A DNA stretch of 64,000 bases. Origin: a virus. The notes under the pieces were generated by a model. The model was not told where the DNA came from. It did no database searches and saw nothing but the letters and a program-made list of their open reading frames with translations. The stretch spans positions 11,444 to 75,443 of IMG/VR virus record IMGVR_UViG_3300023174_007026; one strand, given 5' to 3'. Position numbers and translations under genes: made by a program. Positions within the stretch are counted from its first letter, which is position 1, and each line of letters opens with the position of its first letter. Below, piece after piece: positions 50,222 to 60,036 of the stretch.

Positions 50222-50807
50222 ATTGGGCGCAAATAGAGGTACTGATACAGTACGCTTGTTGGAAGAATATAAAGATGCAATAGTTTATGCGTTCGAACCA
50301 ACGCACGAATTACTAATTAACTATTTGTGGCCGATTGCAAGAAATTATGATAGACTCAGAGTTATGCCGTTTGCAGTAGATGTTGAGTGTAGCTTTAAGA
50401 CTTTTAAAATCGCAGGGCAAGCTGATTGGGGTTGTAGTAGTTTGTATGATTTTGCAGATGATATTCATACTAAATGGCCTGGTCGACCTGATTTCAAAAT
50501 GACAGATAGGTATGATGTGCCTACTATAACTATGTATGATTTTTGTAAACTGTTTAAAATTAGTAGTGTGGATTACTTGCATATAGATACACAAGGCAAT
50601 GATTTTAATTGCATGTTATCTTTTGGCGAATATTTTAATTTGGTTAAGGCAGGCAGATGTGAGGTAGCGGCAAATACAGAGTTGTATAAAAATACTAACA
50701 ATACATATCTCAATGTAAAACACTGGCTGCAACAACAAGGCTTTGTAGTTACAACTAATGCAAATATTGAACAAGCTCATGAAATTGATTTGATTTTTAG
50801 AAAGTAA
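50205..50807 (+). CDS. FkbM-family methyltransferase
   Basis: ELGANRG, AFEP, DYLHIDTQG.D. Confidence 0.85.
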   Translation: MKTIIELGANRGTDTVRLLEEYKDAIVYAFEPTHELLINYLWPIARNYDRLRVMPFAVDVECSFKTFKIAGQADWGCSSLYDFADDIHTKWPGRPDFKMTDRYDVPTITMYDFCKLFKISSVDYLHIDTQGNDFNCMLSFGEYFNLVKAGRCEVAANTELYKNTNNTYLNVKHWLQQQGFVVTTNANIEQAHEIDLIFRK

Positions 50808-50812
50808 ATAAT

Positions 50813-51514
50813 ATGAAAAACATACCATCCAATACTATAGAAAAAATTTACAAAGAGCTTATAAAAGTAAATTATACTGAAGAGTATAAGAATAGATATT
50901 TGAGGTTGCCAGTGCATAAGAACAACAAAAAATGGAAATGGGAAGGCAAAGACTTTCCACGAGTAATATCATTACTTGAATTTGAAAGATACATTGAAAA
51001 ATATCAGTTTAATGTGGATAGTTTGCTTATCTTTAACGGTGTTGATGATCCAGAAGTTGAATATCTAAACGGCCGCATCAAAACAATTTATGATGCTAAC
51101 TTTGATGCAAATCCAGAAAAATTTGATTTGCATACATTAGACTTGCCCAAGAAAGATTTTGATTTTGTTTGTTTGCATCAAACCCTGGAACATGTCTATA
51201 ATCCTCACCAATGCTTAGCCAACATAAAATCTCATATGGCTGATAACGGTTATTTGTATATAAATGTACCAGCGTGCAATGCACCACACAGTGAACCATA
51301 TCATTTTTACACTGGGTTTACGCCCATGGGCTTAGCAGCAATAGCTCATCAAACAGGATTTAAAATTCTTGAAGTGGGGCAGTGGGGCAATGCAGAGTAT
51401 TTAGTAAAACTCTGGACACGCAATCCAGGGTGGTCTGATTACACACAACTCAGCCAACCTGGCGTGAATGAAATTGATAATCCAGTTATAACTTGGTGTC
51501 TTCTACAAAAATAA
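50813..51514 (+). CDS. Class I SAM-dependent methyltransferase
   Basis: FD.V...QTLEHV.NP, G.L...VP. Confidence 0.75.
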   Translation: MKNIPSNTIEKIYKELIKVNYTEEYKNRYLRLPVHKNNKKWKWEGKDFPRVISLLEFERYIEKYQFNVDSLLIFNGVDDPEVEYLNGRIKTIYDANFDANPEKFDLHTLDLPKKDFDFVCLHQTLEHVYNPHQCLANIKSHMADNGYLYINVPACNAPHSEPYHFYTGFTPMGLAAIAHQTGFKILEVGQWGNAEYLVKLWTRNPGWSDYTQLSQPGVNEIDNPVITWCLLQK

Positions 51515-51599
51515 AACCTACTACTTTATAAATTATCTATTGATTTATAAACATTATAGTGGAATATCGAGAGTAATAAGGTAAGTAAACTAGTATAAT

Positions 51600-52226
51600 A
51601 TGACAAAAGAGTATCAACAACCACCAGAATTTACTAGAGATTTTTTTAATGACAAACATGGATTATTTTTTGTAGATATAGGAGCCAATGACGGTGAATC
51701 TTGGTCCAATACACTCTTTTTAGAAAAAAACTTAGGGTGGTCTGGATTATGCATTGAGCCTCATCCTACTATGTTTAATAAGTTAGTTGCAACGAGAGAT
51801 GTAGAATGTATTAATGTTGCTGTTGCTGATAAAGATGGTAATGCTGATTTTTTGTGCATTGAAGGCTCATGGGAAGCAAATATGCTTAGCGGATTAGTAG
51901 ATAAATATGATCCACAGCATAGAGAAAGGGTTGATAAAGAATATTTGCGTTACGGTGGCACTTCAACAAACATACAAGTACCTGTAACTACTCTTCAATC
52001 TATATTAAACACAAGAAATATTTCTAAAATTGACTACCTTTCTATAGATACTGAAGGAGCAGAGCTCTCTATCTTACAAGGTTTAGACTTACTAAATGTT
52101 GATGTAACATTAATAAGCGTCGAAACAAACTATGGCAGAGATGTGTTTGATGAATTTTTAGGTAAGTATGGTTTTAAATTTATTACAAAAGTTGCATGTG
52201 ACTCATTCTATGCAAAAAACGTATAA
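51600..52226 (+). CDS. FkbM-family methyltransferase
   Basis: DIGANDG..SNT, GW.G..IEP, IDYLSIDTEGAE. Confidence 0.9.
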   Translation: MTKEYQQPPEFTRDFFNDKHGLFFVDIGANDGESWSNTLFLEKNLGWSGLCIEPHPTMFNKLVATRDVECINVAVADKDGNADFLCIEGSWEANMLSGLVDKYDPQHRERVDKEYLRYGGTSTNIQVPVTTLQSILNTRNISKIDYLSIDTEGAELSILQGLDLLNVDVTLISVETNYGRDVFDEFLGKYGFKFITKVACDSFYAKNV

Positions 52227-53085
52227 AAATAATCCCGTGATTGGTATACTATGCTATGATTCTTTAGAAACAGTGGGGCATAGCTTGTTTCTAAATTTTA
52301 GACTTGCTCTGCAAAACTACTTTGCTCAGCCTCTAAAACCTGTAAATTGTGTTGAGGAATTGGATACAATTACAACATTAATTATTGTAGATGAGCACCA
52401 TATTCCATGTGTAGGTGTATGGAAGAATGATGCATTTATTTCACAACTAAATAAGAACAACATACAAGTTTTAGTGTTTAATTTTGAAAAAATATTCAGC
52501 TCATCATTTCCATGGAATGTAGATCATCAGAAAAAGTTGGAACAAATCAACAACATGGTTCAAATAGTATCAGATGTCAATGACGCAAAGTTGTTGAATA
52601 AAGCAATTGTAAATAAACAGCTGTTGTCAAGAAACACATTCCTTGTAGAACCTAAACTAGAAAAGAAAAACGAAATACTATTCATTGGACAAATCAATAG
52701 TTTTTATCCAACAAGAGAAGCTATTCTCCGTGATATAAGCAACGTTTGCAAGATCAACATTCTAAAAACTGATAGAAAGCTGACATATACTGAGTATTTA
52801 AATTTAGTAAATGATTACAAGTTTATACTCAACCCACTTGGTACTGGTAACTTTATCAATCTCAGGTTTTACGAAGCTCAAAAACTAGGATGCATAATGG
52901 TGCAGCAATACACAGATGAAATGCTGGATCACTGTGATGAATTAACAATGCCAAATGTACTGAAATTTAAAGATGCAGGTGATTTTAGAAATCTAAATTT
53001 TGACATACAACATGTTGATTACAATTTTAAATATCTCGAAGACTACTTTCAAGATATTGCGCTCAAAGAAAAAATTCAACGATGA
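52210..53085 (+). CDS. GT-B glycosyltransferase-like protein
   Basis: LFIG, R...L, Y...LNP, N.RFYEA...G. Confidence 0.65.
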   Translation: MQKTYKNNPVIGILCYDSLETVGHSLFLNFRLALQNYFAQPLKPVNCVEELDTITTLIIVDEHHIPCVGVWKNDAFISQLNKNNIQVLVFNFEKIFSSSFPWNVDHQKKLEQINNMVQIVSDVNDAKLLNKAIVNKQLLSRNTFLVEPKLEKKNEILFIGQINSFYPTREAILRDISNVCKINILKTDRKLTYTEYLNLVNDYKFILNPLGTGNFINLRFYEAQKLGCIMVQQYTDEMLDHCDELTMPNVLKFKDAGDFRNLNFDIQHVDYNFKYLEDYFQDIALKEKIQR

Positions 53086-54005
53086 AAGTTTTTATAGCAG
53101 GTCACAAAGGATTAGTTGGCAGTGCATTGGTAAGACGTTTTACTGATGCACATGAAATTATTACTCAAACAAGACAGCAAGTTGATTTGAGTAATCAGCA
53201 GCAAACATACAATTTTTTACAACAAGCAAAACCAGACCTTGTAATAATTGCAGCAGCCAAAGTTGGTGGTATACATGCCAACAATGCATACCCTGCCCAA
53301 TTCATTTATGAGAACATTGCCATTGCAACCAATTGCATTCATGGTTCATATTTAGCAGGTGTAAAAAATTTGCTGTTCTTAGGAAGTTCATGCATCTATC
53401 CCAAGCATGCACCACAACCATTGACAGAAGAGTGCTTGTTGACTTCAACACTAGAACCAACAAATGAAGCATATGCAATTGCAAAGATTGCTGGACTAAA
53501 AATGACACAATTTTATAGCAAGCAGTATGGTGTCAATTACAAAACATTGATGCCTACAAATTTGTATGGTCCTAATGACAACTATCATCCAGAAAACTCC
53601 CATGTATTGCCTGGATTGATTCGCAGATTTCATGAAGCAAAAGTCAATGCTCAGCCTTATGTTGTTGCTTGGGGAACTGGTTCACCATTGAGAGAGTTCA
53701 TGCACTCAGATGACTTGGCAAGTGCTTGCTTGTTCTTATCTCACCGCATTGAACAAATGCCTGACCTCATCAATGTAGGATCAGGTCAAGAAGTTTCTAT
53801 CAAACAATTGACACAAATGGTTGCACGCATTGTTGAATATACAGGTGAAATTGTTTGGGACTCTTACAAGCCAGATGGCACACCACGCAAGCTCATGGAT
53901 TGTTCCAAGCTCAACCAAATGGGATGGACAGCAAATATACCACTTGAACAAGGCATTGCACATGCTTACAGTTGTTTTCTTGCAGAGCAGGGATACATAA
54001 ATTGA
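53082..54005 (+). CDS. fcl: GDP-L-fucose synthase
   Basis: AGHKGLVG, AAAKVGGI.AN, GSSCIYP, YAIAK, PTNLYG, REF.H..D, KPDG.PRK. Confidence 0.96.
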   Translation: MKVFIAGHKGLVGSALVRRFTDAHEIITQTRQQVDLSNQQQTYNFLQQAKPDLVIIAAAKVGGIHANNAYPAQFIYENIAIATNCIHGSYLAGVKNLLFLGSSCIYPKHAPQPLTEECLLTSTLEPTNEAYAIAKIAGLKMTQFYSKQYGVNYKTLMPTNLYGPNDNYHPENSHVLPGLIRRFHEAKVNAQPYVVAWGTGSPLREFMHSDDLASACLFLSHRIEQMPDLINVGSGQEVSIKQLTQMVARIVEYTGEIVWDSYKPDGTPRKLMDCSKLNQMGWTANIPLEQGIAHAYSCFLAEQGYIN

Positions 54006-54985
54006 TGACAGCATTAATCATTGGAGCCAACGGACAAGATGCATCTTATCTTGCAGAACTACTTTTGGAAAAAGGTTATACAGTTCATGGAACTATCAGA
54101 CGCAACTCTGTTCCTGAATCACAAACTACTAGAATTCAAAACATATTTGAAAAAAACAAAATCAAGCTGCATTATGCAGATTTGACTGATGCAATTAGCA
54201 TTGAGTGTGTCATCAAAGACATTCAACCAGATGAAATTTATCACTTGGCAGCTCAATCACATGTTCAAATCTCATTTGATTTGCCGCAATACACATTGGA
54301 CACCAACTGTGGCGGAACATTGGCAGTGTTGGAAGCTGTTCGTAGATTCTCACCGCATTCCAAAGTTTACTTTGCAGCAACCAGTGAAATGTTTGGCAAC
54401 AACTATGATGCTGACAAATGTCAAAGGGAGACTACAAAAATGACACCAGTGAGTCCATATGGTTGTTCCAAGCTGTATGGCTTCAATTTGTGTAACAATT
54501 ATCGCAATGCATACAACATGTACATTGCATCTGGCATTCTGTTCAATCATGAATCACCTCGCCGCGGCATCAACTTTGTAACCAACAAAGTTGCAATGAA
54601 TGCAGTCAAAATTCATTATGGAATGCAAGATGCATTGCATTTGGGCAACATGCAAGCTTGCAGAGATTGGGGACATGCCAAGGATTACGTAGATGCCATG
54701 TGGAGAATGTTGCAACAAGATGCACCTAAGGATTATGTCATTTCAACAGGGGAGACCAGGTCTGTACAAACTTTGGTTGAAACCATCTTCAACAAGCTCA
54801 ACTTGCCATGGCAGCAATACATTGTTCAAGATGAAAAATACATGAGACCAGAAGAGTTGGACTTTCTCAAAGGTGATTGCAGCTTGGCAAAAAAAGAACT
54901 TGGTTGGAAACAAACCATTTCATTCGATGAAATGATTGACGAAATGGTAGAATATTGGTTGAAAAATCTCAAATGTAGATCATAA
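54005..54985 (+). CDS. gmd: GDP-mannose 4,6-dehydratase
   Basis: G.NGQD.SYL, LAAQSHV, TSE.FG, SPYG.SK, FNHESPRRG..FVT.K, RDWGHAKDYV. Confidence 0.96.
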   Translation: MTALIIGANGQDASYLAELLLEKGYTVHGTIRRNSVPESQTTRIQNIFEKNKIKLHYADLTDAISIECVIKDIQPDEIYHLAAQSHVQISFDLPQYTLDTNCGGTLAVLEAVRRFSPHSKVYFAATSEMFGNNYDADKCQRETTKMTPVSPYGCSKLYGFNLCNNYRNAYNMYIASGILFNHESPRRGINFVTNKVAMNAVKIHYGMQDALHLGNMQACRDWGHAKDYVDAMWRMLQQDAPKDYVISTGETRSVQTLVETIFNKLNLPWQQYIVQDEKYMRPEELDFLKGDCSLAKKELGWKQTISFDEMIDEMVEYWLKNLKCRS

Positions 54986-54996
54986 TAACATATGAA

Positions 54997-55872
54997 TTAT
55001 AACCTATTAGTAAGTTTGCCAAGCTTGTATGTACCATCTAAAATTAATGGATGATTAAATGCAAGTCTAGCATTTTTAATACCGTTATTACACCATCGAG
55101 TATTGCTCATTGCAATACTCTTTTTTTTGTCTATTTCTATACGTTTTTCGACAGTTAGATGTTCATTGTATTGTAGGAGAGATTTGCTTATTTCTTTTTT
55201 TGAAATTTGTGAATGTCTTCTTCCTTTTACTGCATTAGAAATATTATTGCTAATTTTTACTCGCTCCTCAATAGTATAACTTGCCCATCGGCTTATTTGT
55301 GCAATAGTTTGCTTTTCTCTTATAGATGGTGTTTTGAGTAATTTAATTTTTAACCGAACAGTTCGATTTTTAATAAAGTCAAACCGTTGATTCTCTGTAA
55401 GATTTGACCACCATTCTCGTCTGTATTTGCTCAGCTTAGCACTTATATTAGATTTAAAATTATCTGACCAACAATCTCTTGTTTCTTTGCTTTTTAGTGT
55501 TGCTTGATTTCTCGTCCGTTTTATACCTCGCCACCAACGCTTGAGGATTTTTTTACGTTGTTTTTCTGAATATTTAGATGAATATCTCCAACTAAAACCG
55601 CCAGATGGGGTATCTGAAATATTGTAAAAATTTTTGCTCTGAAAAGCGTTATAATTGTTTATCCAATGTAACTCTCGGTCAAATACATTACGTTTATCAA
55701 TATTATTTTCAAGAACAAACTTTACAAAATTGCTATTGCCATACTTTTTAATTGCTGCTTTTAATGCTGTGCCTGAACCTAAGTAATTGTCATTAGTATA
55801 ACCATAATGAGAGCCAATATATTGCTTTTTGTTAATAAGGCAGGTAGTCAAATAAATGTAAAACTGTTTCAT
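54997..55872 (-). CDS. Free-standing GIY-YIG homing endonuclease
   Basis: YIYLTT...KQYIGSH...YLGSG; basic C-terminal DNA-binding repeats, WCNNG; TA-rich; TAAATA upstream. Confidence 0.85.
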   Translation of the reverse strand: MKQFYIYLTTCLINKKQYIGSHYGYTNDNYLGSGTALKAAIKKYGNSNFVKFVLENNIDKRNVFDRELHWINNYNAFQSKNFYNISDTPSGGFSWRYSSKYSEKQRKKILKRWWRGIKRTRNQATLKSKETRDCWSDNFKSNISAKLSKYRREWWSNLTENQRFDFIKNRTVRLKIKLLKTPSIREKQTIAQISRWASYTIEERVKISNNISNAVKGRRHSQISKKEISKSLLQYNEHLTVEKRIEIDKKKSIAMSNTRWCNNGIKNARLAFNHPLILDGTYKLGKLTNRL

Positions 55873-55929
55873 TTCTTTATATTTATGATTAACAGTTGAT
55901 TTTTATGAAGGTTAATTTATATATAACAT

Positions 55930-56532
55930 ATGAACTATAACTTACTAATAAGGGATGATATTGAATGTTATACAGGTGATTTAATTCACTCAAGATTTGC
56001 ATACAAGCTGTTGCGCAACAAAGTATTGCCTCATGGCAACATTGTAGCATTCCGAGCACCCATGCTTGTAGAAGCAGATGGAATGATTGACTTGGAAGAT
56101 GTCTTGAGCAATGACTTCATCTACAGCAAAGATGCAATCAACTTCTGTTGGGAGATTCCTAACCTGGAAGCATTTGGTGCAGTAGCATTTCAACGATTGC
56201 TCAACACTCAGATTGCCAACATTCTGTACAACATCATCAAAAAGCCCATTGAAGTCAATGGTGATGACTTGCTGGTGGTGGATGAGTTTGAAGGTAGTGA
56301 TGGACAGTTGCACAACAAAGGCAAATGCTCTGTTAGTATCACGTATGTCAAGAATGGCGCTGCATTGGGTCACACAGGCATCAACATTGATGCAGGCAAC
56401 AAAGCTCCTGGATTTGCATACTCAACTCATTTGACAGAAGTGCAGATTCAAGAATTCATGCACAAAGTCATTGATGCATTCCATCAAATGACTGACAGCA
56501 TCTTTGTGGCTACGACCAAGGTCATTGCATGA
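55930..56532 (+). CDS. DUF366-like protein (BPL/LplA-like fold)
   Basis: Y.G..I...FAY, IVAFR.P, MIDLED, I.S, QRL, GDDL, K.SVSI, H.GIN. Confidence 0.7.
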   Translation: MNYNLLIRDDIECYTGDLIHSRFAYKLLRNKVLPHGNIVAFRAPMLVEADGMIDLEDVLSNDFIYSKDAINFCWEIPNLEAFGAVAFQRLLNTQIANILYNIIKKPIEVNGDDLLVVDEFEGSDGQLHNKGKCSVSITYVKNGAALGHTGINIDAGNKAPGFAYSTHLTEVQIQEFMHKVIDAFHQMTDSIFVATTKVIA

Positions 56533-56918
56533 ACATATTTGACATCATAGGTTCCATCCTGGTCAATAAAAAGAAGATTGAACTCAACCTTGACAACGAG
56601 GGAGAGTTCAATCTCTATATGACCAACAGATGGCTGAGTATGTATTCAGCTCCTGTTGCTAAACTCATCAATGATACCATCAACAAATGGTGGACAGTGT
56701 TTGACAGCAAACAAGAGCAATATGATTTCTTGTATCATTTGATGCCAAAATGCAAATTCAAACGCATTCAGTACATCAAAAAGACCAAGAAAGAAAAACC
56801 AGATGCAGAGTCCAAAGAAGACTATTCTGCATTGGCTGCACAAAGCATGTGCATCAGCATCAGAGAAATAAAAATGTATCAACAACAAGTTGAACAACTG
56901 CAACAAACTAAACAGTGA
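56529..56918 (+). CDS. Clamp loader small subunit (T4 gp62-like)
   Basis: F..I..I...K, YM.NRWLS, QYDFL...PK, YIKK. Confidence 0.7.
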   Translation: MNIFDIIGSILVNKKKIELNLDNEGEFNLYMTNRWLSMYSAPVAKLINDTINKWWTVFDSKQEQYDFLYHLMPKCKFKRIQYIKKTKKEKPDAESKEDYSALAAQSMCISIREIKMYQQQVEQLQQTKQ

Positions 56919-57225
56919 ATTTAAAGTCAGAAGGCCCAGGGTTATACAATGCCTTGTGCATCAATGGCATTATGTTGGGGTTGTTGATGATGTAGAGGAT
57001 GCTGTTTATTATTTCAGTTAGATAATCAACATTGTCAACAGCTGGAAAGAATTCGCCATTTTCTGCGTCAGCTTCGTAGTAATATAAAACAAGCTGTGCA
57101 ACACCATCTTGATTTTGAGTACTATACAACGTAGTCATTACTTTGTCAAGAACTTCTGCTTTTGCTTTACCTTTGAGTTGGTCAAATGGTTTAAATGGTT
57201 TAAATGGTTTAAATGGTTGTAGCAT
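56908..57225 (-). CDS. Late hypothetical protein with N-terminal (PFK)n repeat
   Basis: TAAATA 11 nt before ATG 57225. Confidence 0.65.
   Translation of the reverse strand: MLQPFKPFKPFKPFDQLKGKAKAEVLDKVMTTLYSTQNQDGVAQLVLYYYEADAENGEFFPAVDNVDYLTEIINSILYIINNPNIMPLMHKALYNPGPSDFKFTV
57184..57218. repeat. 9-bp tandem repeat AAATGGTTT (~3.9 copies)
   Basis: Direct reading; encodes PFKPFKPFKPF on the minus strand. Confidence 0.9.
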
Positions 57226-57294
57226 AGTTTTATTTATGGTGTTTAATGCAATGATAAACAGTTGCACAAGCAAACTGATGCTGTAAATAGTTGC

Positions 57295-57705
57295 ATGCCC
57301 GCAGACATTGACCAACTAGAAACATCCCGCAGCCTCATTGACTTACAAGCTCACAGCCAAGGAGATTTTGGCAATGAGTTGCAAGATTACAGCCTCAGAT
57401 TCATCATTGATGATGTAATGCTGGTAGAATACGTTGATGTATCTGCTGATGGTAAAGAAATTTTACGCAATGGCATTTTTGTGCCTGTCAATGCTGTAAC
57501 CAAAGCATGGCGCAAAGCCAAAGTTGTTTTGGCAGGACCCAATGTCAAGTATGCCAAAGTTGGTGATGTTGTTGTTTTTCCAAATGACAAAGGCATTCCA
57601 GTTTCCAACATTGCAGTGCATGGATACGGCAAAGTCAAGAACGGTATTTTCTTGAATGAGCAACGCATCTTTGGCATCTGTGAACCCTTGACCAATGAAC
57701 AGTGA
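57295..57705 (+). CDS. GroES/gp31-like co-chaperonin
   Basis: D..LVE, GI.VP, AKVVLAGP....KVGDVV.F, FLNE..IFG. Confidence 0.7.
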   Translation: MPADIDQLETSRSLIDLQAHSQGDFGNELQDYSLRFIIDDVMLVEYVDVSADGKEILRNGIFVPVNAVTKAWRKAKVVLAGPNVKYAKVGDVVVFPNDKGIPVSNIAVHGYGKVKNGIFLNEQRIFGICEPLTNEQ

Positions 57706-58066
57706 TGAATTACAACGCATTCTTCTTGCCAATGTTGCAGAGGTAAAATTTACCAGAAGAGAGCCCAAAGCAGGCTCTCCTGCAACACGTCGCATGTTGT
57801 GTACCAACAATGCAGAATTGTTGCGCAGTGCCAATGGCAAAATCGTGCTGCATTATGAATCAGCACGACAGATGCCCAAGTTCAATCCCAAAGAAAAAAA
57901 TCTGGTCATTACTTGGGATATTTTTATGCAGGACTACAGATGCATCAATGCTGATTCAGCAATCATCATCAGAACCATTCCTGCCAATGATGAATTTTGG
58001 AAGTACTTCAATGAACATTTGCTGGCCATGACTCCAACTCAAAAATTAGCTTTCATTAACTCATGA
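57695..58066 (+). CDS. WYL-like/SH3-fold protein (DUF2693-like)
   Basis: VKFTR, RRMLCT, WDI....YR. Confidence 0.5.
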   Translation: MNSDELQRILLANVAEVKFTRREPKAGSPATRRMLCTNNAELLRSANGKIVLHYESARQMPKFNPKEKNLVITWDIFMQDYRCINADSAIIIRTIPANDEFWKYFNEHLLAMTPTQKLAFINS

Positions 58067-58416
58067 TAATCATTGAACATGTAGATAAACTTTTGAGCAG
58101 CATGCTGCAATACAACCTGTCATTTGAATTGGAAGGCAAGCAAATTCGCAAAGGCAAACTCATTTTGTATGCCATCAAAGATTTTCATTTGCATTTGATG
58201 CTGCAAATAGACAAAGATGAAATCAAGCAATTCATTGTACCGTTTCCATTCAACATTTACAAAACTGCAGATGGTATAAATTTAGATTATACATTGGATA
58301 CACTGGCCAACAACAACAATGACTTGTTGTTGAAGCTCAAAACTTTGACACGCAAAAAGAATACCAGATTTTTTAACGCAGTAATTAATTGCAAAATAAT
58401 CAAGCCTAAGCTATAA
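58063..58416 (+). CDS. Hypothetical protein
   Basis: 117 aa, ATGA-coupled. Confidence 0.6.
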   Translation: MIIIEHVDKLLSSMLQYNLSFELEGKQIRKGKLILYAIKDFHLHLMLQIDKDEIKQFIVPFPFNIYKTADGINLDYTLDTLANNNNDLLLKLKTLTRKKNTRFFNAVINCKIIKPKL

Positions 58417-58422
58417 TGTGGA

Positions 58423-60036
58423 ATGATATCACTAGTTGAGCATTTCCCTGAAAATTATACTCCTACACCAGAACAGCGTCAAGTACTAGATCAACTGACG
58501 CAGGCATTTGAAAAACATAAATTTGTAATTTGCTGTGCTCCCACTGGCAGTGGCAAAAGCTTCATTAGTAAAACCATTGCCAATGCTAGTATCAAACCAA
58601 CATCAGAGTTTGTACGTCTCATTGAATCATATGATGCATTCAAGAATGAAGCAGGCAGTTACGTCTATGAAGATGAATGCTTGGCTGAGCCAGCATTTGG
58701 AGCTGCAGCATTGACCATTACCAAACAGTTGCAAGATCAATATCAACAACTGTTTCAAGACACCAAAGTCATCAAAGGCAAGAGCAACTATGTATGTGCT
58801 GTTGACAGCAATTTCTCAGTTGATGTAGCGCCATGCACTTACATGCCCAAGCTCAAACAAGACTGCTGGCGCAACAATGCATGTCCTTATTACACAGCTC
58901 GCAACCAAGCACTCACCAACAAGTTTGCTGCATTCAACTACAGCATGTACATGGCATTGCCGCACCATGTCAAACGCAAACAATATTTGATTTGTGATGA
59001 AGCAGCTGAGTTGGAAGATGAGTTGGTCAAACATTTCTCAGTTGAAGTCAATGCCAAGACCTTGAAATTCTTGCTGCCTAAATTCAATAACTTTGTGGAT
59101 GTTGATAATTTAATCAAGGTTAAACAATATTTGAGTGAGATGTCAACATTGCTGCATGAGTTGTGTGAAGAACTCAAAAGCAAAGTTGCCAAAAAAGCAA
59201 CAGCCATGGACATCTCCAAGCTGCAACAAGCTCGCAATCTCAAAGAGCAAATCAATACAGCCATTGAAAATTGGGGCAAAGCAGAATACATCTGTGAAAA
59301 GACCAAAACAGGCATCATTGTGCAGCCACTCAAAGTTGACAATTTGAGCAATGCATTGTTTCATAATGCTGAAAAAGTATTGCTCATGTCAGCAACCATC
59401 ATTGATCCTGCAAATTATGCTAAATCATTGGGCATTACTGACTATGAATACATTGAACTGCCCAGTGCATTTGATGCCAGCAAAGCACCTATTTTTTGCA
59501 TGAGCAAGTACAAGATGAACAGAGACAACTGGCTCAAGCTTATGCCAACGTTCAAACAGATCATTGATCAGATTTGCGAACAACACAAGGACCACAAGGG
59601 CATCATTCATACACACAACATGGACATCACCAACTACATGAGAGAAAATCTCAAGGGCAACAGGTTCTTGTTTCGTGAAGATGGAGTAGACAATCAAACC
59701 ATTTTGGATACTCACATGCAGAGCCCTTACAATACTGTACTTGTGAGTCCCAGCATGACTCATGGTGTTGACTTGAAAGATGATTTAGCAAGGTTTCAGA
59801 TCATTGTTAAAGCTCCATTTTTGCCTCTCAACAGCAAACGCATCATGAAGCTGTTCAAAGCTGATGCGCAATGGTATGCCAACAAAATGCTGACTACAGT
59901 CATTCAAGCAACTGGACGTGGTGTCAGAACCAAAGATGACCATTGCTCTACATACATTTTGGATGGATGCATTGTGAACAGCATATTGGAAAATGCAGAC
60001 AAAATGCCCAAGTACTTCCTCAAGAGATTTCAATGA
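58423..60036 (+). CDS. DinG/XPD-family helicase
   Basis: APTGSGKS, KGKSNY.C...C...C...CPY (Fe-S), DEA, MSAT, GVD, Q..GR.VR...D. Confidence 0.9.
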   Translation: MISLVEHFPENYTPTPEQRQVLDQLTQAFEKHKFVICCAPTGSGKSFISKTIANASIKPTSEFVRLIESYDAFKNEAGSYVYEDECLAEPAFGAAALTITKQLQDQYQQLFQDTKVIKGKSNYVCAVDSNFSVDVAPCTYMPKLKQDCWRNNACPYYTARNQALTNKFAAFNYSMYMALPHHVKRKQYLICDEAAELEDELVKHFSVEVNAKTLKFLLPKFNNFVDVDNLIKVKQYLSEMSTLLHELCEELKSKVAKKATAMDISKLQQARNLKEQINTAIENWGKAEYICEKTKTGIIVQPLKVDNLSNALFHNAEKVLLMSATIIDPANYAKSLGITDYEYIELPSAFDASKAPIFCMSKYKMNRDNWLKLMPTFKQIIDQICEQHKDHKGIIHTHNMDITNYMRENLKGNRFLFREDGVDNQTILDTHMQSPYNTVLVSPSMTHGVDLKDDLARFQIIVKAPFLPLNSKRIMKLFKADAQWYANKMLTTVIQATGRGVRTKDDHCSTYILDGCIVNSILENADKMPKYFLKRFQ

